64,000 nt of DNA from Octopus vulgaris (lineage: Eukaryota), in contig OX597823.1 of assembly GCA_951406725.2 (NCBI GenBank), forward strand, positions 89,032,001-89,096,000, written 5' to 3'. A model generated the notes under the pieces. It made no database searches. It had not been told where the DNA came from and saw nothing but the letters and a program-made list of their open reading frames with translations. The position numbers and the translations under genes are program-made. Below are positions 1-12,375 of the stretch, piece after piece (position 1 is the first letter of the stretch; the number at the start of each line of letters is the position of its first letter).

Positions 1-989
1 ATACATACCACCATTTTGTGTTTTTATATATCAGAGGTTACATTCTCTCCTTATCCGCTATATCCTTCTTTAATGATTATAGTAAGCTACGTTTCTGCCA
101 ATATTGACCCAGTGGTATTTGAGGTTATTCTACTGTTACTTCTACCACCATGTCGAGCAATTACGTAGAGGCTATTTTGTTAACATTGTTATTGTGACAA
201 ACTGCGCAGTGTAAAATTCAGGTTATTCACAGGCAAAAATAGATTTTGATATTAAAAAATTCTTGATTTTAAGACAATTTCATTTTAATGACGTCACAAA
301 GACACATGCAATGTAAAACTCATCTCTGCTGCGTGAAATAAAAACTATAATCCTCTTTGTTTCTTTGTTACTGTTTGCAATCGGAAAATAACCGTTTTGC
401 TCGTCAGCTTTCACACTGCTACAATTCTGTTGTCGATTTTTGCTCTTGCAAATGTCAATTTTTACGTCAAATATGCACAGAATATTCAAATGTCATTTTT
501 CAAACAGAAACATAGGAAATGAAATCCAGTATTATACATGAAAAATGTATAAATAAAATCAATAAAATATCAGATGGATACAAATTAAAAATAAACAGTA
601 ATACTGCAGTGTTGCATAAAAGTAGTGTTATGCCTGTTACTGGCAGAAAAATACGCTGTGACAATCGATAGAAACACAGAATACATCATGCGCCATTAAA
701 AATCTTATTATTAAATGTAGAGAGTTCAAATGCAAAGGAGATAACCTTTGAATATCCACAAAATTAAACTGTGCAAGTACAGACTCGGTAGGTGTGGGAC
801 AAAATCCATTGCCGATGTATCTCGTTCCTCCATGTTCCAATCAGGTAAGTGTGAGAATCAAGAAAGTCAACTCAAATGGGTATTTTTCTCGAGCCACAAG
901 ACTCATAAGGCTTGTTACTCGGTTTCCTGAATAGGTACCAAACGGTAGATATAGTGTACTCCCTGAATGAGACGCTGGTCCGTTGTAGG

Positions 990-1405
990 CTTCAGGGCCA
1001 GTAATTTTGAAGGGAGGGAGAAAATCTGTTACATCGATCCCAATACTTGGCCAATCTATTTTATTGACCCTGATGAAAGGCAAACATGACCATCGTTGGA
1101 TTTCAACTCAGGATATAAACTACCGGAAGAAATGCCGCTAGACATTCTGTCCGACGTGATAACAAATCTGGCATCTCGCTACCATACTTAATAGTGGTTT
1201 TGAAACTGGCACAAGGTCAGCACTTTTAGGTAGTGATGAGGTCTTAGTTGAATTCTTTGCTCCACTAGTGTTTATTTTATCATTCCCGAAATGTTGAATG
1301 GCAAAGATGACCTGGGCAGGAATTGAACATAGAACATAAAGAAACAGAGGAAACGTCGCTAAGCATTTTGTGCGGCGAGGTAATGATTTTGCCATCATGC
1401 CGCTT
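990..1405 (-). mobile_element. Two degenerate copies of tRNA-derived SINE family A
   Basis: Reverse-complement matches to the family A head and body seen intact at 16251-16480 (e.g. gatgaaaggcaaa, aactcag, gaaatgccgcta). Confidence 0.75.
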
Positions 1406-1561
1406 TAGAATTAATTGTTCTCTGCGCTTAAATGGACGGTCGACGAACTAATTTAGACATCATTTTTAATCTTACAGAGTAAGGCGATGAGCTGGCAAAA
1501 TTATTAGCACGCCGAACAATACGCTCAATTTCGTCCGAGTTACGTTCTGAGTTGAAATTTC

Positions 1562-2002
1562 GGCACTACTTAAATACAGAGGTCCCAATGCATCTACGTA
1601 TCGATATGAAGGGCACGTAATCTAGTTTTACAAGCACTACTGTTAATGATGTAAGGGGCCCCACAATGTCGTCTGTTTTTACTCCGATCTTTTTCCCCAC
1701 AATATCATGTTTTAAATTTGATGTTTTTCCAGTGCACACTCGTTAGGGTTTTTGTTTTAGGGTTAGGGTTAGGGTTTAAAGTTAGTTTTAATGTTAAGAT
1801 TACGGTTAAGGGTTAGTTTTAGGGTTAGTGTTTAGTGTTAGGATTAGGGTTAGGGTTAGTGTTTAGATTCAGGTTTAGAGTTAGGGTTTAGGATTAGTTT
1901 TAGTTTTTAGTTTCGACTTACACATGGGCCGCTTATGTGAAGTCTCAGTAGTTTTGGTAAAACTAGATTACCTCCCCTTTAGATGCGTATTTAATTAGTA
2001 CC
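1562..2002. mobile_element. Non-autonomous TIR DNA transposon (Merlin-like MITE) with internal telomere-like repeats, inserted in a SINE
   Basis: Termini GGCACTA...TAGTACC. Inner arms 1617-1642 and 1946-1971 are reverse complements with 3 mismatches. 8-bp TSD GAAATTTC (1554-1561) / CAAATTTC (2003-2010). The SINE sequence resumes after 2010. Confidence 0.8.
1743..1910 (+). repeat. Degenerate (TTAGGG)n-like interstitial repeat
   Basis: ttagggttagggttaggg plus many variants (ttagtg, ttagga, ttagtt). Confidence 0.85.
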
Positions 2003-3410
2003 CAAATTTCGACATGGTAGACTTTGTCTCTCATCATTCTGGGTCGATAAAATAAGTACCAGTAAAATAATAGGGTTGATGTGATCGACTAACTCCTCAT
2101 CCCCCAAATTTTAATCCTGGTGCACGTCGATGAAGCGATTATTAATCTTAACAGAAAGGCGACGAGCTGGCAGAATCGTTGGAGCGTCAGACAAAATAAT
2201 TGTGATATTTCTGTAGAATATTACTGTTCTGGTTTCAAATCCCGCCGAGGTCAACTTTGCCTTTCATCCACTTGGGATCGATAAAAGAAAGTACCATTCA
2301 AGTAATGAGGATCCATGTAATCGACTAAACCTTTCCTCCTGCCACTTTGGGCTTTTGCCAAAATTTGAAGCAATTTCTATTTTATGCAACGAGGCTGAAA
2401 GAATTGTTAGAACATGGGAGAAAATACTTGGCAGCTTGTCTTCCAAGTTTCTATATTCTGGTTTCAAATCCCACCATGTTCAACCTTGATTCTTATCATT
2501 TTGGGGTTGGTAAAAAAAAGCACCGATCAAGTATGGGCGCCAGTATATTTGAATAACCCCTTCACTCTTAAAGTTTTATCCTAATGCCGAAATTTGAATC
2601 AATTATTCAGCTTATATGGCTAGAGTAAAAGAATCGTTATATCATGCCAGAAATATTCTGCAGTATTTCTTCAGAATTTTGTCGTTTTGAGTTCGAATTC
2701 AGTCGATATCAAATTTGCCATTCATCCGACTGGAATTGATAAAGTAAAAATAGTGGTCCGGTACTGAGGTCATTGGTGTCGACAAATTCCTTCAAATTAC
2801 TGGCCCTGTTCTTAAATCAGAAGCACTTAAGAGTGGCGGATTGTTAGAATCATACAAAGTGTAAGTTAGAGATATATTCTGCTGCATATGTATCACTGGT
2901 GGACGTTTTGAGTTCAAGTCATATTGAGGTCAGCTTTGTCTTTCATCCTTTGGATGTTAATAAGATAATGCGCCAGTCCATTACTGTGTTCGATGTAATA
3001 GACTAACCTACGCCTTACAAGGCAGCAGATGCCCGACCCGGCTGAATAATTAAAGCGTTGGATAAACTGCATAGCAGCCCTTCTCTGTCTCTTTATATTC
3101 TGCATGCAAATTCTACAAAGGACAACTGAGCCTTTTAACCTTTCTCGATCGATAATATAACTACAAGTCAAGTTCTGTGGTCCATGCGATCGACTTACTC
3201 TTTCCCTCAAAACTAGTGATCTTGTGTCTCAATCAGCAATCATTGTTGATCATTTTCTGCTATTAAGCATAATTAAGACTTATTAAATAAAAAAAATTTT
3301 TTTTTCAAAATATCCGACATAGAAAAGTCCTGCATTGGCAACATTTATTTGGGGATACATGTATACTTTTTTGGCGGGGAGGGGTAATTTTTGTATACTT
3401 TAGCATGAAA

Positions 3411-3479
3411 ACGAATTCAACTAACTTGACATATATAAGGTTATTATTAGCATTGTTATACCATCTCTCCTTCTCTTTC

Positions 3480-3532
<53 letters not shown>

Positions 3533-3790
3533 TTGTCTTAATTATATCCCTGAGGAAAATATGTTGTCTATACAGCATTGACCTTTATACAATACATCTA
3601 AATGAATAGTATTCCTGTGAAACAAGAGTTTCTGAATGCCTCTGTCCATTATTGTGCTGTGCCTGCTGCTGCTGCTATTGTTGTTGCTGCTGTTGCTGTT
3701 GTTGTTGTTTATAGTTGAGAGATAATTTTAATTCTAAACTATATTGGATCTCATTAATTGCACTCGCAACGTGAATGTATGACCGATTAC
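3411..3790 (+). repeat. Old local duplication, copy 1 (paired with 5146-5660)
   Basis: Colinear blocks: acgaattca..acttgacatatat, a (CT)n tract, a 34-bp core (33/34 identical), gtttctgaatg, a GTT-rich tract and tcatta..gcaa. Confidence 0.75.
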
Positions 3791-4669
3791 CTACTTTAGA
3801 ACACTTCATTAGTCATACATAAGGCGGGGAGCTGGGAAAATCTTTAGCACGCCAGATAAAGTGTTTAGCGGAATTTCGCATGTCTGTACGTTCTGAGTTC
3901 GAGTCTCGCCGCAGTCGATTTGCACTTCATCTTTCGGGGTCGATGACATAAGTACTAGTTTAACACAGGGGTCGATGCAATCTACTTACCCCTCCCCGAA
4001 ATTGCTGGCCTTGTGCAAAAGCTTGGATCCAATCTTACATTAGCTGGGAGACTCATTAGCGCGCCGTCCAACATTTCGTTTCTCTTCACATACTGAGTAC
4101 AAATTTCGCCGAGGTCGACTTTGCCTTTCGGAACCGATAAAACAAATACCAGTCAAGTACTGGGACCAATCTAATCGACTTACCCCCTTCCTCGAAATTG
4201 CTGGCCTTGTGCGAAAATTTTAATCCAATCTTACATAAGGCGGCAAGCTGATAGACTCATTGCGCGCCAGGAAAAATCGTTTGGGTTGTTTTCTCCACCT
4301 TTACGTTCGGAGTTCAAATTCCACCGACGTCGACTTTGCTTTCATCTTTGAGACTCGATAAAATAAATGCCAGTCAAGTACTGGGGTCGATGTAATTGTC
4401 TAGCTTCTTTCCCGAAACATTCTGGTCTTGTAGCTATTGTAGAAAGGATTATTAATTTTACATTAAAAGAAGACGAGCTGACAGTATCTTTTGAGAGTCA
4501 GTAAAAGACACTTCACGCTATTTGTTCCATCTCTTTATGTATATTTCGTGTTGAAATCCCTTCAAGGGCAATTATGATTTCATCCTTCCGCGATCGATAA
4601 AGTTAAGGTACCATTCAAATGCTGGAATCACAGTCCTTGACAAATCCAATCCCCTCAAAATTACTCGGT

Positions 4670-4917
4670 TAAAGTCCCTTCCCGAGTCATGTAGGAACAC
4701 AGGATTGGTTTTCTGGTTTCCATGGGGTATTTATTCCCCACATGGACGGGGAGCCTCTCCGTCGCCGGATTATACTATTTTTCCAGCTGAGCGAACTGAA
4801 CTGACGTGAAATTAAATGTTTTACTCAAGAACACAACGCATCACCCAGTTCAGGAATCGAAACCGCAATCTTACGGTCATGAGTCCAACACTCTAACACA
4901 CAAGTTACGCGCCTCCA
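4670..4917 (-). mobile_element. tRNA-derived CORE-type SINE family C
   Basis: ctcaagaacacaacgc...ggaatcgaaacc...taacaca..gttacgcgcctcc; homologous to 8835-9066 and 18440-18776. Confidence 0.75.
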
Positions 4918-5145
4918 CTGAAATTTACTATTGTGTACCACTTGCCCCTCCCGCAAAACTGCCGATCATGTGCTTCAATTATTAATCGTATACATTTTTT
5001 TCACTTTTAAACTTTATATAAGATATATTTTTTAAGGATTTTTCAAGATATTTTACAACGTTCATCAGTCGTACCAGTTTCTTTCATTTTTTCTTTTTGT
5101 TCTTGAGGTACTGGGTTGTGTTGGCTTTGTACTGATCGAAATTAC

Positions 5146-5660
5146 AACGAATTCAGCTTACTTGACATATATGAAGCTATTGTCATTGACTGTCAATATA
5201 ATCCCCTTTTTTTACTTTATCTTTTCCTCATCCGTCCCCCTCTCTCACTTATTTCACACTTTCTCTAACTCTTTCTTTGTCTCTCCCTCTCGTTTTCTCC
5301 CCTTTCTCTCTCTCTCTCTCGCTCTCCCTCTCTTCTTGTCCCAATTATATTCGTCTAAAATCCCTTAAAAAAAGTACATTCTCCATAGAGCATTGACCTT
5401 TACACAATACATCTAAATGAATGATATTGCAGAAAAGCAACGATTAATACAGTTTCTGAATGGTTCAGCTCATTGCTGTGTTGCGCTTTTTACTATTATT
5501 ATTGTCGTTGGTGCACTTGCTACTGATGTTATTATTGATTTTCAGTTAGTTGTTGTTGTTTCCTAGCCACAGGTAGTCGAGAGTGAATGTTAATCACATA
5601 ATACTTCAGAGCTCATTAGTTATTCTTGCAATTTATATGCATGGTCGAGAGCCTGATTTA
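5146..5660 (+). repeat. Old local duplication, copy 2
   Basis: Same colinear blocks as 3411-3790; core at 5389-5422. Confidence 0.75.
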
Positions 5661-7509
5661 GATATAATTATTAATCTTACATCTTTACATTCTGAATTCA
5701 ATTTCTGTCGAGGTCAACTTTGCCTTTCATCCTTTCGGGGTCGATAAAATAAGTACACGTTAAGTACTGGGGTCGATGTAATCGACTTACACACTAACCC
5801 CAGAAATTGCTGGCCTTGTGCTGAAATTTGAAACCCTCATTTATCTTACATACTAAGAAAATGAGCTGGTAGAATGGCAAGCGCATTGAACAAAATGGCT
5901 TACGGTATTTCTTCCGAGACTTTATGTTTTGTGTTTAAATACCGCTAAGATGAAGTCCAGCTCTCATTCGTCCAACGTTGGGAAAATAGTCCAAGTATTG
6001 AGATCCATGTTATCGGATACACTTCAAATCTACTTGTATCTGAACTAGAAAAAAATATTATTAATCTTTTATAATTAAGGTCAGCTGCCACAATCGTTAG
6101 AGCATGCGATATCTGTTCTGAATCTATACCTTCTGTGTTGAAATGCCACCGATATCAGCTTTGCCTGTTATCCATTTCTGAATATAGTATGTCAACACTT
6201 CATATAAACAGAGACTGCCTCATCATTTAAATAGAGTCTACAATTAATTCTATATTGCCACAGTCTTCATCATCATCATTGAAATATAACCATTATACTC
6301 ACAGCTACCACCCACCATCATCATCACCATCCCAAGACTATAACTATTCACCACCATCATCGTCGTTATCGTACCTTTTCCTTTCACTATTATATATTGG
6401 TTTAGAACTTTGGCAGAATAGGTAATATCTTTGTAGGAAGAGAGACTCAATTGACTCCAGCCTAGTATCAGAATGGACTGATGATGCGGACTCTGATGCG
6501 TTTGTTTTCAATTCAGAATAAAAGCAGCAACGAAAGACTACAAATCGTTTTGATCGGCGCGCCTCTAACTCTCTATATCACTCTCAGACGCAGACACATA
6601 TACACATACATAATGTCTTTGTATGAATATGTTAACACTTCTCTCTAGTTCGTAATTCATTATCGACTTCTCCTCATCTTTCCAATAATTCTGATGACAA
6701 CCACACCTCGCACAGCTAACGCCATTAAAGATTCCTTAAAACAGTACTTACAAGAAACAAGTAATATAAGAGGATAAAAGGAGTTGAGATATACGCTAAG
6801 TAGTTATCAATTGGAAAATAGAAGTATATATATGATTATATCGCCTTATTTAATCTCTTCAGCTAATGGACTTGTCATTCGTATACACCTATAATAAGCA
6901 ACATAAACATTTACGAAATACTTTCTGTTAAAATTTATTTTTTGGAAAGAAAATTGATTAATTGTATGCAAATATCGACAAAAATCTTGTTTCCACTTAC
7001 ATACAAAACTGATTAGATGTGTGATGTAAGCTAGAAATCCTTCCATAACAACAATATTACGGATACAAATGTATTTATGTGACTTAATTGAGGCTCATCA
7101 TAATTTTGAAGATTTTTTTTCCCAAGAAAATATATTTGCTAAACGAGTTAAAACAGCCCGAGGGTATGACGAAAGTAGTCAATTTTATTGCACAGATTCA
7201 CGTTTGATTTAATTCATGGTATGTGTTATATCGCACGTTCGGATGACTTCTACTCGACTCTACTCTCTGCTCTTGACTCTGCTCCTCGACGTCCAGGCAT
7301 CTCCCTCTATATCTACATATTGGGCTAGCCTTCTTCATCGTCTGGGGGCGTCCACACAACAGTATGTAATAAGTCAGCTGTCACCTGTAAACTACATCTT
7401 GCTAACATGTTCTGCACTTACGCTAGATGGCGTATGTCCTTATGCATTCACAACAGACATGGCCAGCTATCGGCTAGCGACACATCCAGAGTGAGACAGT
7501 TGAGAGAAG

Positions 7510-7682
7510 GGAGATATTGAAATTAACCGGCACTTGAATGTAGCTCATTTGCAACTGAGTACAGGTGCAACGTGAAATCATGTGTCTTGTTCAAGGAATC
7601 AATTTACCGACAGGCCTTGGACAGAATCAACATCATGATCATAAACCGAACAACCCCTAACGAGTAGGCAACATACCTTCAC
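7510..7682 (-). mobile_element. Degenerate SINE family C
   Basis: gcaacgtgaaat..gtgtcttgttcaagga...ccctaacgagtaggca, matching 8835-9066. Confidence 0.6.
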
Positions 7683-8122
7683 ACCTATGTTATCTGTTTA
7701 TGGAAGTGGCGATATGCTTGTATATTCTACAGCCATACAAGCTTACACATTGTACGGCCATCATCACTCCACAGACCCTTATGCTTAATAGACTTACTAG
7801 CAGCTGCTTTACAACCTCAATACACTTTCCAGATACGTTGTGGAAGTGACAATATTCCGGAACTGAACGTAATCTTTTTCTACAAATGTCAAGGAGGGAT
7901 AATTCTACATATTCCGTTGTCAACAGACCAGGCTATTCTTTTATCGATGAGATGAATTCAAGATTTATCATGTTGGCTAAACTTAGAGTTTGTGTTATCT
8001 ACATCAGCACATCATGAATGTAAGTATATTCTATGTACATACACCTCAGGCACAATAACTTGCGTGTTATATAACACCTACACATAAACACAATACCACA
8101 CATACACATACATATACAAACC

Positions 8123-8173
<51 letters not shown>

Positions 8174-8834
8174 GCTTTTCAGCAACACTCTTTTCTAAAA
8201 TGCTGCGTCAACTTCCAATCCAAAAGACATTCCCTGCTACCGAAATTCAAGCCGTTTTGTAGCAATAGTTTTAGCAGTCAGACATGTCATAGTTAAATTA
8301 ATATGTCAATGGCAAACAGAGAATATAAGTTTCCATTGTGCGTTTATTAGAGAATAAAAGCAATCTTTATTGATTTATTCTGTTTTAGAATTTGCTTTAA
8401 TCTATATTTGCAACGAAGTGAATCTAAAAAAATACCAAACTAGCTGAAATGAGGCCATACATCGAATTAACTTCTCAGACCTACCTATATCAAATTGTCA
8501 CCAGTCGTGACATATTAATGTGCAGACAACTTACACTTCAGATTTCGCTCACCTATTTCTATAAAATCTCTTATGATGAACAAATAATATAGATTTACTG
8601 GAATAAAAGGGTGCAATCTTACATAGGTCTCTGTTATATACAATACTTCATCAATTTTATGTTGTCCGGTTTACGTGAGGAATCATATACAACCCGATAA
8701 TGCTTCAGACATGTCTTTTCCTGAACATGTAAACAATGTCAAATTTCGTACTGTATTTTCTAATATATTTCGCTGTACAGATGTCTCACTTGCATAAGAT
8801 CGACTACTTCTGGCCACGATAATAAAAAAAAAAC

Positions 8835-9066
8835 TGGCACTTCGTCGGTTACGACGACGAGTGTTCGAGTTGCACCGATCAACGGAACAGCCTGCTCATG
8901 AAATTATATTGCAAGTGGCTGAGCACTGGAACTGCTCATTTTAGCGAGCTGACTGAAGCAACGTGAACTAAGCGTCTTGCTCAAGAACACAACGCGTCGC
9001 CACGAATCGAAGTCACAACATTATGATCATGAGTCGAATACCCTAACCACTGAGCCACGCACCTCC
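8835..9066 (-). mobile_element. tRNA-derived CORE-type SINE family C
   Basis: Minus strand reads ggaggtgcgtggctcagtggttaggg (A box) ... ttcgattc (B box) ... gtgttcttgagcaagac (CORE-like). Confidence 0.8.
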
Positions 9067-9924
9067 CCGCATAATGATAACATATCCTCTGAAAGATGAT
9101 TGACTGTCCTGTCATTTTAAAAATATTTTCTCAGTGGCCTGTTACATTATAAGTTGAAAACATCGCTGAGGTCAACTTTGCCCCTTATTCTTTCTGGATG
9201 GATAGAATAAAGTCCCAATCAATTACATCTCCCTGTTCCCTTCCCTTAAAATTTCTTTATGCCAAAGTTAGAAGGAAATAAATTTTCTCAGTTTCGGACA
9301 CTAATACATTCAGTAAGAATTTGAATGTTTCTCTTGTGAGGTAATCTTTAACATTGGTTTTGTTGTCGTCATTGTTGCTTTCATTATTTCCTTTACTTTC
9401 TTCCTATCGCAAGTGTTTAAATTTGAAAATGAGAACACAATTGTTAAAATGTCTAAAGTCAGCTTTTCTGTCTTCCATTTGTCACAGGGGAGATTTTCTC
9501 ACCTTTGGTGGTAAAGGAATACAAAAATTTCATTTTCTTTTTATCATACAGTAAAGTTGAAAGCAATCATCTACACGTAATTCTGTGAAACGTGACCATT
9601 GTCAGCGGACAGCAAGAATAACAATAGCAACAATAGTTTGTGTATTATAAGACCAAAAATTTTGACCAGAAATATTTATAGAAAGCGTCTGCGAAGAAAA
9701 TATAGAATATGTAACAAAGTTTGCACAATGTAGTAGATATAGGAAAGAAAAACATCTTGTTTGTTATCCAACCACGAACTCATAGCAGGAACGCAAAAAT
9801 CAATATAACCAGAAAAATTTCCGAGTTTGACAAGTAAACATCCTACTGTAAAACATAAATATTATAAACTTATCTGTGAGAACAGGTGAACAGTGTTATG
9901 ATTAAATAGATGATTAATTACAAT

Positions 9925-9961
<37 letters not shown>

Positions 9962-10100
9962 GATGTGGTTGGCGGGCAATTTGGACTGGTTTTGTACATA
10001 CGTGCATATATATGTATGTATTGACGTTCGTATATGTAAGTATAACGTATGTTCTGTATATATATATATATATATTTGTATTTATGTACCCATCTGGTAT

Positions 10101-10145
10101 ATTTAACTGACGAAGGCAGAGCTTATTTGAAACAAAGTCAGAAAT
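10101..10145 (+). ncRNA. Hammerhead-ribozyme-like motif (Penelope pLTR-type relic)
   Basis: CTGACGA (10107-10113), short GGC-AGA-GCT stem, GAAAC-AAA-GTC (10129-10139). Stem I is weak. Confidence 0.35.
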
Positions 10146-10749
10146 CCAGGATCTTGAATTATCCAGTAAAATCTTTTTTGCTAGTTTATTTTGTCTCTTT
10201 ATCTTATCTCATGGCGCAATATGAACATTTAAGGTGTTTTTTAGGGTCAGGGTTTTGAATGTTATTTCGGCATGATTGTATCTCTTAGATACCCTTATTT
10301 ATAGTTTTATATCTACATATATATGTATATACGAGAATTTTAATGGAGATAAAGTTCCAGAAACCAGAGGAACGAATTGTTTTTATACAGGGAATTGAAT
10401 CTGGATTATTTCCTACAGCCCCTTAAAACTTTTCTGAAATGGCCGTAGGTTTGGACTGGTCTTTTCAATCGCCTACTTTAATCTATTTTAACATTTTCTA
10501 CTGTCATGTTACGATTTATATATTTATTATGCTTATTAAAATTTTTTACGTTTATATTCTTATATTTCTATACTCTTATCATCTATGTCTTAATATAAAT
10601 ATGTGGTTATTTGAATGGTATAATATCTCATGTAATACATCCGAATTATGAATTTGCTTGTCTGGATGTTTAAGACAAATACTTAAGATTTAAATCTTAT
10701 ACCAAATTTTGTATATATATATATTTATATATATATATAATAGAAATAT

Positions 10750-11400
10750 GTTACAAAAAGAAAATAGAAACTACACGTGGAAATGTAAGGGGACAGTAAC
10801 AAGGAAAATAAGCGAAAATGCATATTAGAAATCAAAGATGTAAATACTTTTTTATGAAAAGTAACGACAGATATGTACAATTAGATTAACTGCTGTGGGA
10901 ATAAAATTAATAAATGTCATTATTGTAAATTGTTAAAGAGATTCAAAAGTATACCGGTTTCGTAAACTTACTAATCATTGCTTTGACGACACACCGATTA
11001 CTGAACGGTGTCAGGCCTACTAATTCCCGAGTAAAAAAATTATGTGTAAGGGAGGTAAGTAGTTCTGGGTTTTGTGCAATTAGGGTAGATATAGATCTGT
11101 AATGTGAATGGTGTAAAGGTTAGTAGTGTTCTGTACTATATTATGTGTTCAGTTGAGTTGTAGAAGATATTTATTGATGAAAGTTGCCTCTTTATTCATT
11201 CTTTGTTGTACTGAAGTGTTCTGTGAACAATGATAGTAGGAGAATATTAGGAAATTCTATAGTGCTCATCGCCCACTTGAAACTTTTTGTACATTGGCAC
11301 GTAAGAAAGCAGTTGCTTTGTCGAACCAGGAGGAATGTAAGATACAGTTGATCATGATATGATTTCAATTTTCAAAAGATAAAATTAAATGAAGCAGAGC
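10750..11400 (-). mobile_element. Penelope-like element relic (GIY-YIG C-terminus plus 3' region)
   Basis: Minus strand around 11275-11150 translates FLIFSYYHCSQNTSVQQRMNKEATFINKYLLQLN*, the R..KE..FI....LN end typical of PLE endonucleases. The element ends at a (TA)n tract. Confidence 0.55.
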
Positions 11401-11689
11401 TTTTAGCTCTTTCCAATACAGCTGGAAAACATTCTAATTATTCATTGACTACTGCATTTCTGGAATTCAAAACAATCCTGTATGGAATGGATTACATTTA
11501 GAAAATATCTTAGGACAAAAATAACCGTAGCTATCCATTTGCATGCCAACATTGTTCAAATACATCAAACAACCCAGTTCAACGGTATTTCAGTCCAAAC
11601 CAAGCCATCGTTACATCTTTCTCATCTATGTACAGGACACAAAGATCTTAAGCAACTCTGTGCGATTTTAGCTGATCAAGCGATAACAG

Positions 11690-11860
11690 AGAGGCTCCTT
11701 CTTTACGTTCTGAGCTCAAATTTCATCGAGGTAGATTATGCCTTTCATCCTTTCGGAGTCAATAGAGTAGGTAGCAGTTGAGATACTGTGGTCGATGTAA
11801 TCAACTTACTACCTCCCCCACCGGAAAAAAATTGCTGGCCCTCAGCCAAATTTTGAGATC
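11690..11860 (+). mobile_element. SINE family A (partial)
   Basis: ctttacgttctgagctcaaatttc...gcctttcatcctttcggagtcaata...attgctggcc. Confidence 0.75.
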
Positions 11861-12307
11861 AACATTTCTGAAAAAGACTGAACAGTTTTGACTGGATTGC
11901 TCTTGATCATAGGTTTCATCAACAAAAACCGATAGGAAGTTAATAAAATCGGACAGCTTACATATAGTAAATCTTTATATTTTGATGAATGGATTATAGT
12001 TGGTTTATTACTGAAGTTCTAAAAAGTATGTAGGAAAATGTAACCATCATTGCAAACCCTTCACAACATCCTAAATCCTTCCCACCGAATGTATTTATAA
12101 ACATTTACGTCCATGGACGAGCGTATTACAACGTTTCAAACTCATGAAATTGAAATTGCATAACCGTCCTATATATATATTTTCCAGTGTAATACATAAG
12201 TTAAGAATCCCACCTGTTATTAAAACGATTGTAACGGAATAATAAATGCAATGCCATTATCTTCATTCTTTTATGTGTTGCAAATACATACATAGATAGA
12301 TACATAC

Positions 12308-12375
<68 letters not shown>

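Larger units (their letters stand above)
1481..6200 (+). mobile_element. Head-to-tail array of more than 10 degenerate family A SINE copies
   Basis: Recurrent AAGGCGRCGAGCTGGCAGAA (A-box-like), GAGTTCAAATTCC (B-box-like) and GTCGACTTTGCCTTTCATCCTTTCGGGGTCGATAAA..AAGTACCA body, near 1481, 2157, 2390, 2610, 2830, 3820, 4040, 4237, 4470, 5680, 5860 and 6075. Confidence 0.85.

Noticed and set aside
1743-1910. TTAGGG repeats as a real telomere or chromosome-fusion scar
   Set aside because: Short, degenerate, one orientation only, and enclosed by TIRs and a TSD.
1481-6200. Regularly recurring motifs as a CRISPR-like array or tRNA gene cluster
   Set aside because: Units are about 200-bp diverged SINEs with pol III boxes, with no cloverleaf and no constant repeat-spacer structure.
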